This document shows, one piece after another, positions 1-9,282 of a DNA stretch of 64,000 bases (position 1 is its first letter; every line of letters starts with the position of its first letter). The stretch spans positions 49,913 through 113,912 of the forward strand of contig PMDZ01000005.1 of the NCBI GenBank assembly GCA_003155695.1, given 5' to 3'. The notes below the pieces were generated by a model that worked only from the letters and a program-made list of their open reading frames with translations, was not told where the DNA came from and did not search any database. This stretch comes from Candidatus Nomurabacteria bacterium. GTDB lineage: Bacteria > Patescibacteriota > Minisyncoccia > Phycocordibacterales > UBA9973. A program made the translations under genes and the position numbers.

Positions 1-499
1 GAAGGAAATCTCATTTCGATTGGTTATCAAGAAAAGCAAGGAAACGAATAGCACTTCTCTTCGGGCCGACGCTTGGCATCATCGAAGCGACGCAATCACC
101 TCTATTGCGGCATTCGTAGGAATATCGATTGCATTGATATTAGGAAAAGGTTTTGAGCAAGCCGACGACTGGGCAGCACTCTTTGCGGCCGTGTTTATAC
201 TTTACAATTGCTATCTAATTTTTAGACCTGCACTGGGAGAAATTATGGATGAACATACTCACGATGAGATGATATGCCAAATTAGAGAAATAGCTAAAAA
301 AACCGAGGGAATCATAGATACAGAAAAATGTTTTGTTAGAAAAGCAGGTATGCAATTCCATATAGACCTACATATCATTGTGAATGGAGAAATAACAGTT
401 AGAGAAGGACATGACATTGCTCACAGGCTCAAAGGTGTACTCTTAAAAGAAATGCCCGAATTATCAAATATTTTGATACACGTTGAGCCAAATGAATAG
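1..499 (+). CDS. Cation diffusion facilitator (FieF-like) transporter, 5' truncated by window edge
   Basis: SLRADAWHHRSD TM5 metal-site motif and C-terminal dimerisation domain ending ILIHVEP. Confidence 0.9.
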   Translation, partial: KEISFRLVIKKSKETNSTSLRADAWHHRSDAITSIAAFVGISIALILGKGFEQADDWAALFAAVFILYNCYLIFRPALGEIMDEHTHDEMICQIREIAKKTEGIIDTEKCFVRKAGMQFHIDLHIIVNGEITVREGHDIAHRLKGVLLKEMPELSNILIHVEPNE

Positions 500-567
500 A
501 TTATTTTGAAGTTTTGATCCTTAATTTCATTTGCTTAACCTCGCAAAATATAGTATACTTGTAATAT

Positions 568-801
568 ATGACGATTATCGCCAAAATACTGCCTTATTTG
601 CAGATTATCCTATCAATTATCTTAATAGCCGCAATTTTACTTCAGCAATCAAGTGCCGGAGTGGGAGGGGCATTAGGGGGAGGAGATGGAGGTGGGCTTT
701 ATAATACACGCCGTGGTTTTGAAAAGTTCCTTTTTTTCTTAACGATAGTTGTTGGCATAATTCTTGTCGCGTCATCATTCGCCGCTATATTCATTAAATA
801 A
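568..801 (+). CDS. secG: Preprotein translocase subunit SecG
   Basis: 77 aa, two TM helices, LLQ..AG.GGA.GG loop and RRGFEKFL motif. Confidence 0.92.
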   Translation: MTIIAKILPYLQIILSIILIAAILLQQSSAGVGGALGGGDGGGLYNTRRGFEKFLFFLTIVVGIILVASSFAAIFIK

Positions 802-844
802 TTTAAGATTTATATCTTTAACTCTGTAGTTTTTTCTGGCTATT

Positions 845-2653
845 ATGCATAATTTTATCCTATTTATTAAAGAATTTCATATTTATAAGAAGAAAGAACT
901 TTTGGATGCATTCGCATCTTTTTCCAGGAAACAATTTCTTATTTTTTCCACAATTGTTGCCCTCGCTCTTGTTTCTTCGATAATTTTAATTGCCAAAGTC
1001 AATTCAATGTTTTTGGTTGATGTCCCAATAAGCGGAGGAACACTGACGGAAGGCATCATCGGTATCCCGACACTGGTCAATCCCGTCATTGCGACATCGG
1101 ATGCCGACAAGGATTTAACTTCCCTTGTCTATTCGGGTTTAATGAGAAAAACTCCCGAAGGAGAATTCATTCCCGATTTGGCGGAATCATATTCCGAATC
1201 GCCCGATGGTTTGAATTATACTTTTACAATCAAGAAAAATGCAAAATTCCAAGACGGTTCGAATGTCACAGCCGATGATGTCATTTTTACTATCGAGAAA
1301 ATAAAAGACCCGATAATAAAAAGTCCGCGTAAAAATAGTTGGGATGGAGTAACTGTTACCAAAATGGATGACTATACCGTCACATTCACTCTTTCGCAGT
1401 CTTATATATCTTTTATGGATAATACAACTATCGGAATACTACCATCCGTCTTATGGAAAAGTGTTGACGTAAGTAAATTTAATTTGTCCCCCCTTAATAC
1501 CAAAGCTATCGGGTCGGGACCTTACGAAATTAAATCGGTTGTAAAAAACAGTGATGGGACTTCCGGAAAATTTGCGCTTGAACGTTTTAATGATTTTGCA
1601 CTTGGAAAACCAAGAATTAAATATTTAAATATTATTTCTTATGCTAATGGGAAAGATTTGGTGGGAGCTCTTACCGACCACTTTATCGACCAAGCCGGAG
1701 GCATAAGTCCGGAAAATACCGAGAGCGTAATTAAGGCAAATTATATAATCCGCACATCAACCTTGCCGAGAATTTTCGGAATCTTTTTTAACGCTAATAA
1801 TAATAAAATTTTTGCCGATTCGGCTGTTATCAAAGCTTTTGACCTTGCAATCGATAGACAAGATATCGTCAATCAAGTATTGGGCGGTTATGGCTCAACA
1901 GTTCATAATCCAATCCCGGGAAGAATCTTGAAGGATGATACACCGGAAGTGATATTTAGTAACGTTACAATCGATGAAGCCAATCTTATTCTTGATAATG
2001 CCGGATGGATAAAAGGAGAAGATGGAATAAGGGTAAAAGGAGGGGCAACAACAAAAACTGTGACAAAAAAAGTCAATGGAAAAACCGTTACAGGAACTGT
2101 CCCTGTGAAAAGTACCACGCCTTCTATCAGGCTCTCTTTCTCGTTGATGACTGGAGATACGCCGGAACTTAGACAGACAACGGAATTGATAAAAGAACAA
2201 CTGGCAAAACTTGGAGCCGAAGTTGATATTAGTAAAGTATATGAAACCGGTCAACTGAACCAACTTATTAGAGCTCGTGATTATGAAGCGTTGTTTTTTG
2301 GACAGATTATAAATCATGAATCCGATTTATATTCTTTCTGGCACTCTTCCCAGAGGACAGACCCGGGATTAAATATCGCCATGTATAATAACAAGAAAGT
2401 CGATACCCTTCTTGAGTCGATTCAAAAAACATTAAGCGTGACTGATCGTTTAAGTAAATACGAAGACCTTATGGATGAATTCAATAACAATATACCGGCT
2501 ATTTTAATTTATTCTCCCAAATATTTATATGCAACTTCACCTCATTTGAATAATGTTTCTCTTGATTATATAACCATTCCTTCCGACCGATTTTCATCTG
2601 TCTATACTTGGTCTATCGATACGGATAAAGTTTGGAAAATTTTTACTAAATAA
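845..2653 (+). CDS. Peptide/nickel ABC transporter substrate-binding protein (family 5, OppA-like), N-terminal TM anchor
   Basis: PDLAESY, YTFTIK..AKFQDG..VTADDV.FT and IGSGPY motifs. Confidence 0.9.
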   Translation: MHNFILFIKEFHIYKKKELLDAFASFSRKQFLIFSTIVALALVSSIILIAKVNSMFLVDVPISGGTLTEGIIGIPTLVNPVIATSDADKDLTSLVYSGLMRKTPEGEFIPDLAESYSESPDGLNYTFTIKKNAKFQDGSNVTADDVIFTIEKIKDPIIKSPRKNSWDGVTVTKMDDYTVTFTLSQSYISFMDNTTIGILPSVLWKSVDVSKFNLSPLNTKAIGSGPYEIKSVVKNSDGTSGKFALERFNDFALGKPRIKYLNIISYANGKDLVGALTDHFIDQAGGISPENTESVIKANYIIRTSTLPRIFGIFFNANNNKIFADSAVIKAFDLAIDRQDIVNQVLGGYGSTVHNPIPGRILKDDTPEVIFSNVTIDEANLILDNAGWIKGEDGIRVKGGATTKTVTKKVNGKTVTGTVPVKSTTPSIRLSFSLMTGDTPELRQTTELIKEQLAKLGAEVDISKVYETGQLNQLIRARDYEALFFGQIINHESDLYSFWHSSQRTDPGLNIAMYNNKKVDTLLESIQKTLSVTDRLSKYEDLMDEFNNNIPAILIYSPKYLYATSPHLNNVSLDYITIPSDRFSSVYTWSIDTDKVWKIFTK

Positions 2654-2668
2654 TTTAATAATATAGAA

Positions 2669-4660
2669 ATGATAAACGAAATACCTAAAAAAATACAAAA
2701 CCCTAAACAAAGAAGCGGTCAGAGATTCAGTTACCGCAAACACGGCAATATCCGCGTCCTGCACAAACCAGAGCAACCGATGACTAGAGTAATCAATCCT
2801 CCAAAGTTTAACTCATACAGTAGTGACAAGACCCAAACGCAAACGCCTAATAGAAAAATAAGTCGTGGAAGCTATCAGTACAATAATGCACGAGGTAGCC
2901 GACGCGGACGAGCCGGCACTGGTGGAGTGGACAACAAGCAAACTTATCCTAAAAATAATCCGAACCCGATACCGCCTCCCGAGAAAGGAGTCATCAGAAT
3001 AATTCCTCTCGGTGGCGTTGAGGAAATCGGGAAAAATATGACCGCTGTTGAAATCGGGAATGATATTATTGTCATTGATGCCGGAATGCAATTCAAAACC
3101 GAGGACACTCCGGGAATCGATTACATTATCCCAAATACTACTTATCTTGAAGAAAGAAAAGATAAAATCCGTGCCATGATCGTTACACACGGTCACTTGG
3201 ACCACATCGGAGGCATTCCTTTGGTTATGAGTCGGATTGGCAATCCTCCAATTTATTCCCGAAATCTTACGGTTTTGGTGATGAAAAAACGTCAGGAAGA
3301 ATTTCCCCATTTGCCTCCTCTTGATGCTCACATTGTCGAGACGGATTCCGTCATCAATGTCGGGGATTTACGTATTCGTTTCTTTGGAGTCACTCACACG
3401 ATGCCCGATTCCATGGGTATTGTCATCGAAACTCCATACGGTTCGATTGTGACTCCTGGAGACTATAAGCTCGACCAGGTAGATGGCAAAGTAAGCGAGG
3501 AAGAAGAGAAAGAATATGCTTTTTTTGATAAAGAAAAAGTTCTTTTGCTTATGACCGACTCGACCAATATCGAAAATGAAGGATTTTCAATACCTGAAGT
3601 TCGCGTTCATGAGGGCTTGAGGAAATTAATAGGTCAAGGAACAGGACGCATTATTATTTCGGCTTTTGCCTCATCTATTACTCGCTTGATGAAAATTGTT
3701 GAGATAGCCGAATCATTCGGCAAAAAAGTAATTCTTGACGGCAGATCGCTCAAGACCAACATGGAGATTTGTGAACAAGCCGGAATTTTCAAACCCAAGA
3801 AAGGCACAATCATTCCTGTTGAAGATGTCGATAAATATCCTCCAAATAAAATTCTTGTCATGATGACCGGAGCCCAGGGCGAAGAATTCGCCGCTCTTTC
3901 CCGTGCCGCAAACAAAACTCACAAAAAGTTTACTATCCGTCCGGGTGATACGATAATTCTTTCTTCTTCGATTGTTCCGGGGAACGAAATCGCCGTCCAG
4001 CATTTAAAAGATAATCTAACCCGTCATGGTGTTCGAATTATAAGTTACAGAACAAGCGAAGAGACAGTCCACGCTACCGGTCACGGTGACCAGGAGGATA
4101 TTAAGTGGCTCCATCGTAAAACTCATCCTAAATTCTTTATTCCAATTCACGGTTGGCATTCAATGCTCGTCAAACACAAAGAAGTGGCGATGTCTCTCGG
4201 CATGTCCGCCGATAATATTATAGTTCCGGACAATGGTTCAATTATCGAAATCGTCGATAATGGGAATAAAATCATTCTTCGTAAAGAAAAAGCTCCATCA
4301 GGTCCGATGCTTGTTGATGGATTTTCTGTTGGCGACGAGCAAGATGTTGTTATTCGAGACCGTGTGATGCTTGCCCAAGACGGAATGTTTGTCTTAATTG
4401 TAACCATAGATTCCGCAACCGGGAAATTACGCAAATCACCTGATATAATTTCTCGCGGTTTTATTTATTTGAAAGAAAATCAGGAATTGTTGCATCAAGT
4501 CCGCTTAATCATTAAGAAAACCGTTGAAGATGAAGTCCATGGAATGAACCTTGTTAATTTTGATACTCTGAAAACTTCACTCGGAGATAATATCTCAAAG
4601 TTCCTCTTCCAAAAAACAGCCAAAAGACCAATTGTTATTCCCGTATTACTAAGTATTTGA
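2669..4660 (+). CDS. rnj: Ribonuclease J with ~105 aa low-complexity N-terminal extension
   Basis: PLGGVEEIGKN, THGHLDHIGG, TGAQGE, HATGHG, PIHG, PDIISRGF motifs. Confidence 0.96.
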   Translation: MINEIPKKIQNPKQRSGQRFSYRKHGNIRVLHKPEQPMTRVINPPKFNSYSSDKTQTQTPNRKISRGSYQYNNARGSRRGRAGTGGVDNKQTYPKNNPNPIPPPEKGVIRIIPLGGVEEIGKNMTAVEIGNDIIVIDAGMQFKTEDTPGIDYIIPNTTYLEERKDKIRAMIVTHGHLDHIGGIPLVMSRIGNPPIYSRNLTVLVMKKRQEEFPHLPPLDAHIVETDSVINVGDLRIRFFGVTHTMPDSMGIVIETPYGSIVTPGDYKLDQVDGKVSEEEEKEYAFFDKEKVLLLMTDSTNIENEGFSIPEVRVHEGLRKLIGQGTGRIIISAFASSITRLMKIVEIAESFGKKVILDGRSLKTNMEICEQAGIFKPKKGTIIPVEDVDKYPPNKILVMMTGAQGEEFAALSRAANKTHKKFTIRPGDTIILSSSIVPGNEIAVQHLKDNLTRHGVRIISYRTSEETVHATGHGDQEDIKWLHRKTHPKFFIPIHGWHSMLVKHKEVAMSLGMSADNIIVPDNGSIIEIVDNGNKIILRKEKAPSGPMLVDGFSVGDEQDVVIRDRVMLAQDGMFVLIVTIDSATGKLRKSPDIISRGFIYLKENQELLHQVRLIIKKTVEDEVHGMNLVNFDTLKTSLGDNISKFLFQKTAKRPIVIPVLLSI

Positions 4661-4670
4661 TAAATCAAAA

Positions 4671-5867
4671 ATGAAATCGTCAAAAATAAAAAGAATGTAT
4701 ACGCTCGCTTTCATTTTTGCTTTGCATATTTCTATTTCGGCGTATATCAGTTCCGTCTTTTTGACCCAAATAATCAAGGAAAACTTTGTCGGAATTTTAT
4801 ATACGCTTGCTTCGCTCCTAACTCTTATTCTCCTTGCAAAAAGTTCAGGTATATTAAAAAATTTCGGTAATAAAAGATTGACTCTTATATTTCTGATAAT
4901 AAACATGATTTCACTGGTTGGATTAATAACTTCCAGTAATCCTTTTATAATCGGGGCTTCATTCATCTTATTTACAACGACTAATACATTAATTTATTTC
5001 TGTATAGATATATTTATCGAGCATTTTGGAAACCCGGAAACGATTGGCAAAACTCGTGGTTTATATTTAACAATATTAAACTTTGCCTGGATGCTGTCTC
5101 CTTTTATTTCAGTCCTCTTAATAACCCGCGAAGGCGGATACAGAGCGATATTTACACTCGCCTTCGTGATGGTATTTATAATGACTGTCGGACTGCTGTT
5201 TTCAGTCAGAACTTTTGAGGACAAAGTGTACAGTAAAACTCCTTTCCTCGAAACATATAAATTTTTGAAAACAAATCGGCACATACTTGCCATTATGATA
5301 ATAAATTTTATTCTGCAATTCTTTTATGCTTGGATGATTGTCTATACCCCGATATATCTTTTTAATCATTTAAACTTTACCTGGACTCAAATCGGAATAA
5401 TATTTACAATAATGCTTTTTCCATTCGTCATCCTTGGGTTACCGGTAGGAACACTTATCGATAAATATCATATCAGCAAGAGAACTTTATTGTATGTCGG
5501 ATTTTTTATCATTATCGGCTCAACGTTTACGATTTCTTTCATCACGACAAAAAGTTTGGCAGTCTGGGCAATAATTTTATTTATCAGTCGCGTGGGAGCA
5601 ACTATCATCGAAACAACTTCGGAAACTTATTTTTTCTACCATGTCAAAGAAGAAGAAGCGCATTTACTCAGTGTCTTCCGGGATATGGTCCCTGTCGCCT
5701 ATATTATTGCCCCGCTCATAGCCACAGGTGTTTTCTTTTTCCTACCGTTCAAATATTTATTCGTAATTTTAAGTGTCGTATTATTATCGGGATTTTATTA
5801 TATTCCTCACCTGAAACATAATCACCCATATCCAAATGAAAATATCATACCCAATCCGAATCAATAA
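4671..5867 (+). CDS. MFS transporter
   Basis: 398 aa, ~12 hydrophobic segments, G.LIDK loop motif. Confidence 0.8.
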   Translation: MKSSKIKRMYTLAFIFALHISISAYISSVFLTQIIKENFVGILYTLASLLTLILLAKSSGILKNFGNKRLTLIFLIINMISLVGLITSSNPFIIGASFILFTTTNTLIYFCIDIFIEHFGNPETIGKTRGLYLTILNFAWMLSPFISVLLITREGGYRAIFTLAFVMVFIMTVGLLFSVRTFEDKVYSKTPFLETYKFLKTNRHILAIMIINFILQFFYAWMIVYTPIYLFNHLNFTWTQIGIIFTIMLFPFVILGLPVGTLIDKYHISKRTLLYVGFFIIIGSTFTISFITTKSLAVWAIILFISRVGATIIETTSETYFFYHVKEEEAHLLSVFRDMVPVAYIIAPLIATGVFFFLPFKYLFVILSVVLLSGFYYIPHLKHNHPYPNENIIPNPNQ

Positions 5868-6558
5868 ATATTTAGCTCACAAGAACTTTTCAACGAGGGT
5901 TGGAGGAGATGACCTTGTAAAAAAGGGTCTTGTTTTTATCAACGGACGAAAGGCAATTTTGGGAGACAAAGTAAATGAGGGTGATGAAGTCACTGTCAAA
6001 TCAAAAGGTTCACAAAAAGAATATGTCTATTACGCATATAATAAAGATGTCGGGATTTCAACTAACCCGGACACTGGAAGCAAGGACATATTGCAAGTCA
6101 CAAGGTTTCCTGAAAAAGTTTTCCCTGTCGGCCGGCTCGACAAAGATTCACACGGATTGATAATTATGACAAATGACGGACGAATAACCGACAGACTTTT
6201 GTCACCACTCTACTCTCATGAGAAAGAATATGTCGTCAAAGTCGATAAACCGTTCTCCGATAAATTCATTGAGCTAATGTCCGATGGCGTTCATTTCGAC
6301 GGATTTATCAGCAAGAAATGCAAGGTTTGGCCCGAAAGCACCGGTAAGAGTAAATCCAAGGATACCTTCCACATCGTCCTGAGAGAGGGCAAAAAACGCC
6401 AAATAAGACGCATGTGCGAAGCATTACATCATAATGTTATCGACCTCAAGCGTATACGTATTATGAACGTCGTGCTGGACAAAATCCCGCTTGGAGAATT
6501 TAGAGAAATAAAAGGCGAAAAACTTAAAGAATTTCTTAAATTACTTCAACTCATATAA
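5836..6558 (+). CDS. rRNA pseudouridine synthase (RsuA/RluB/RluF family) with S4 domain
   Basis: RINKYLA S4 start, catalytic VGRLDKDSHGL, EGKKRQIRRM. Confidence 0.93.
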   Translation: MKISYPIRINKYLAHKNFSTRVGGDDLVKKGLVFINGRKAILGDKVNEGDEVTVKSKGSQKEYVYYAYNKDVGISTNPDTGSKDILQVTRFPEKVFPVGRLDKDSHGLIIMTNDGRITDRLLSPLYSHEKEYVVKVDKPFSDKFIELMSDGVHFDGFISKKCKVWPESTGKSKSKDTFHIVLREGKKRQIRRMCEALHHNVIDLKRIRIMNVVLDKIPLGEFREIKGEKLKEFLKLLQLI

Positions 6559-6594
6559 TTATAAATCCCTCCATATGGAGGGATTTATAATTAT
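6555..6594. terminator. Perfect 40 bp palindrome between convergent genes, probable bidirectional terminator
   Basis: ATAATTATAAATCCCTCCAT|ATGGAGGGATTTATAATTAT; contains both TAA stop codons. Confidence 0.7.
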
Positions 6595-6791
6595 TTGGCG
6601 ATATAGGGAAGTAACCCCATAAAACGTGCGCGCTTGATGGCCATGGCCAGCTTTCTTTGATTCTTGGCTGTGACATCGGTGCGATGTCGGGCCAGCATGC
6701 GAGCCGAAGGAGAGAGAAATCTTTTCAGAACTTCTATATCCTTGTAGTCAATATGTTTGATATTGTTCGATGAAAAATAATCTTGTTTCAT
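6591..6791 (-). CDS. rpsR: 30S ribosomal protein S18 (Cys-free form)
   Basis: IDYKD..LKRF, QRKLA.AIKRAR..GLLPY; rpsF-ssb-rpsR synteny. Confidence 0.97.
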   Translation of the reverse strand: MKQDYFSSNNIKHIDYKDIEVLKRFLSPSARMLARHRTDVTAKNQRKLAMAIKRARFMGLLPYIAK

Positions 6792-6830
6792 TTTTTTTAA
6801 TTCGTAATTCGTAATTATTAATTCGTAATT
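6792..6830. repeat. TTCGTAA/AATTACG heptamer repeats upstream of rpsR
   Basis: ttaattcgtaattcgtaattattaattcgtaatt. Confidence 0.85.
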
Positions 6831-6832
6831 GA

Positions 6833-7297
6833 TTAGAACGGTATATCTTCGGCATTAATCTGTTCTTCCGGATATTCGATTGTATCCAGCTCTCCCTCAT
6901 CTTTATCTTCAGCGGGTGTAGTCTTTGATGCAGATGCCTGACTAGTTACTCCACTTTTAGCTCCGCCGCTATTGGAACCAAATTGAATTCTGTCGGCAAT
7001 AACTTCGGTTCGGTATTTTTTGGTATTTGTCGCTGCATCATCCCAACTTCTTGTCTGCATCCGACCTTCTACCATAACCTGACTTCCCTTTTTCATATAT
7101 TGAGCAGTCGTTTCGGCTTGCCTCCCGAAGACAACGACATTGTGGTAATCTGCGGCTTCTTGTTTGGCTCCATTTTTATCTTTCCAAACGCGATTTGTTG
7201 CAACAGAGAAACTACAAACTTTTATACCTGAAGGGATGGCCTTGAGTTCCGGGTCTCGGGTTAAGTTACCGATTATAAATACTTTGTTTAAATACAT
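6833..7297 (-). CDS. ssb: Single-stranded DNA-binding protein
   Basis: NKVFIIGNLTRDPE OB fold; acidic DIPF tail. Confidence 0.98.
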   Translation of the reverse strand: MYLNKVFIIGNLTRDPELKAIPSGIKVCSFSVATNRVWKDKNGAKQEAADYHNVVVFGRQAETTAQYMKKGSQVMVEGRMQTRSWDDAATNTKKYRTEVIADRIQFGSNSGGAKSGVTSQASASKTTPAEDKDEGELDTIEYPEEQINAEDIPF

Positions 7298-7328
7298 AAA
7301 ATAAATAGTTAAATTATTAATAATAATA

Positions 7329-7841
7329 TTATACCACTAGGGCCTCAATTTCTTTGTCTATCGTTTCTTCATTTATTTTTTCTACTTCCTCAATCTTCGG
7401 AGTATAACGGCGCTTGTTACCATCTTGTCTTGAGTATGAACGTTTGACCGACATTGTATTCTCGCGAACTGTTTTAATCAAGAGGTATCGAACAAGTTTC
7501 TCATTCTTGTCCAGAATATTTTTTATAACTCTAGCCTGGTCGGTATTACATTCAAACTTCACCCAACCAAAATAGCCATAAGAGAACTTCTGGCTCTTAT
7601 TGTTAATAGAGCGGGACATGACGTAAGCCAGCTCTATCAGTTTAGGATATTCATCGGAAATAAAAACTGCTCCATTTTCCAAAAACATATCCTTAAATGC
7701 CGTGACTTCACCACCAAGGTTTTCCTCGGCAATTGTCGGCACCATAATGTAACCCACTTCATAAACACCAAGACGAACCTCCTTTTCTTCTGAGACATCT
7801 TCTTCAACGACACCTTCAATATTCTTTTTTGTTCTTGCCAT
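7329..7841 (-). CDS. rpsF: 30S ribosomal protein S6
   Basis: YEVGYI, LAY, VRYLLIK motifs; synteny with ssb and rpsR. Confidence 0.88.
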   Translation of the reverse strand: MARTKKNIEGVVEEDVSEEKEVRLGVYEVGYIMVPTIAEENLGGEVTAFKDMFLENGAVFISDEYPKLIELAYVMSRSINNKSQKFSYGYFGWVKFECNTDQARVIKNILDKNEKLVRYLLIKTVRENTMSVKRSYSRQDGNKRRYTPKIEEVEKINEETIDKEIEALVV

Positions 7842-7962
7842 CGATAAATGCGCAAAACGCGCAATAAATTATTAATTTTAATACAATTTCGTTATGGACC
7901 AATGTGTACCGACTTCAGGGCCGGGACAAGCGAAATGTAGAGTCATACTAACAAAGATTCGG

Positions 7963-8826
7963 TTATAAGTCAAAGAGACGCTTGGCATTAGCGAAAATAG
8001 CCTCGGCTGTTTCTTCTTCGGTAAGACTTTTAATTTCGGCTATTTTTTTGATGATTTCTCTCACATAAACTGGTTCATTTCTTTTCCCCCGATAAGGCAC
8101 AGGAGCAACATATGGACTATCGGTATCAGCTAGAATCATATCAAGCGGGGTTTCTTTTATGACCGAAATATAATCACAAATTTCCGGTTTTGGTTTGTAG
8201 GTGATTGGTCCAGCAAAAGAAATATACACCCCGAGCTCAATAAATCTTTTCATATCCTCAACATTACCGGCAAAAAAATGGGATACTCCTTTGATTTCCT
8301 CTCGTTTGGAATATTTTTTAATTAATTCGTAGACATCAAAGTAGGCATTGTGAGTTTTGTCAGTCGGATTATTACGAATGTGAAGCATAAGTGGCAAATT
8401 AAGTTCGTTGGCAAGTTCAATTTGTTCAATGAAAGCTTTTTTCTGTTTTTCAATTGTTTCAGGTTCCATATGATAATAATCAAGCCCACATTCCCCTATC
8501 GCCACAACTTTGCCAAGCTTCGCCAGCTCTTTATATTTTTCTTTATCAAAAATTTCTCCACGAGAAAAAAATTCTTTGTTTTCTTCGCCAAGCTCGTTCG
8601 CATCGTGATACGATGCTCCAGTATGAATGGGATGAAGCCCGATTGTCGCATAAACTCCCTCCTTGTATTCATTTGTCATCTCCACAGCCTTTCTTGAAGT
8701 ATCGAGTTGCGTTCCGACATTTATTACCCAAGTACCATTGTCCAAAGCACGTCGAATTACCGCATCCCTATCTTCCTCGAATGCTTTGAAGTTTGTATGA
8801 GCATGTATATCTATGTATTTGGGCAT
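7963..8826 (-). CDS. tatD: TatD family DNase
   Basis: IDIHAH, GLHP, AIGECGLDY, LHIR, TDSPY motifs; follows metG as in many bacteria. Confidence 0.93.
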   Translation of the reverse strand: MPKYIDIHAHTNFKAFEEDRDAVIRRALDNGTWVINVGTQLDTSRKAVEMTNEYKEGVYATIGLHPIHTGASYHDANELGEENKEFFSRGEIFDKEKYKELAKLGKVVAIGECGLDYYHMEPETIEKQKKAFIEQIELANELNLPLMLHIRNNPTDKTHNAYFDVYELIKKYSKREEIKGVSHFFAGNVEDMKRFIELGVYISFAGPITYKPKPEICDYISVIKETPLDMILADTDSPYVAPVPYRGKRNEPVYVREIIKKIAEIKSLTEEETAEAIFANAKRLFDL

Positions 8827-8850
8827 AAATTAAATATATCACTTATTGAT

Positions 8851-8887
8851 AAAAAGAAAACCCACCTTGTGTAGTGGGCATTTTTTA
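8851..8887 (-). terminator. Putative intrinsic terminator after small membrane protein gene
   Basis: CCCAC/GTGGG stem followed on the minus strand by TTTTCTTTTT. Confidence 0.5.
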
Positions 8888-8908
8888 TTAAACTTATTAA
8901 AACTAAAT

Positions 8909-9160
8909 TTATTTGAACATCTCTTTTCTACTTCTTTTATTTAATATAGTAAATAAAAAGAGAAGCAGGTAAGCCGCTATGCATGTAGCAAATATCGTTA
9001 CAGCAAAGAACAGTATTGGATCAAATTTACCTATTGCTGTATTTAATAGCAGATGTGCAACTACCACATAAAGAAAGCCAAGTAAGATTCCCGCTGTTAT
9101 TGGCATTTCGCTAAAAAATAGTGTGGGAAAAATAAGCAAAAAAAGCAATTTTCTTTTCAT
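8909..9160 (-). CDS. Small hydrophobic membrane protein, unknown function
   Basis: 83 aa, 2-3 hydrophobic stretches, basic ends; has its own promoter and terminator. Confidence 0.6.
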   Translation of the reverse strand: MKRKLLFLLIFPTLFFSEMPITAGILLGFLYVVVAHLLLNTAIGKFDPILFFAVTIFATCIAAYLLLFLFTILNKRSRKEMFK

Positions 9161-9247
9161 TTTTTATTGTTATTAGGTTTTCTTAATTTCCTGGAAGAAA
9201 CTAAAAGAACCTAACAACAAATACACAAAAGAACTACGCTACAGCGT

Positions 9248-9276
9248 AATATATAACATCTCAAACAAATAGTCAA
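9248..9276 (-). promoter_or_regulatory. sigma70-type promoter
   Basis: TTGACT-17 nt-TATATT on the minus strand. Confidence 0.65.
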
Positions 9277-9282
9277 AGTAAG

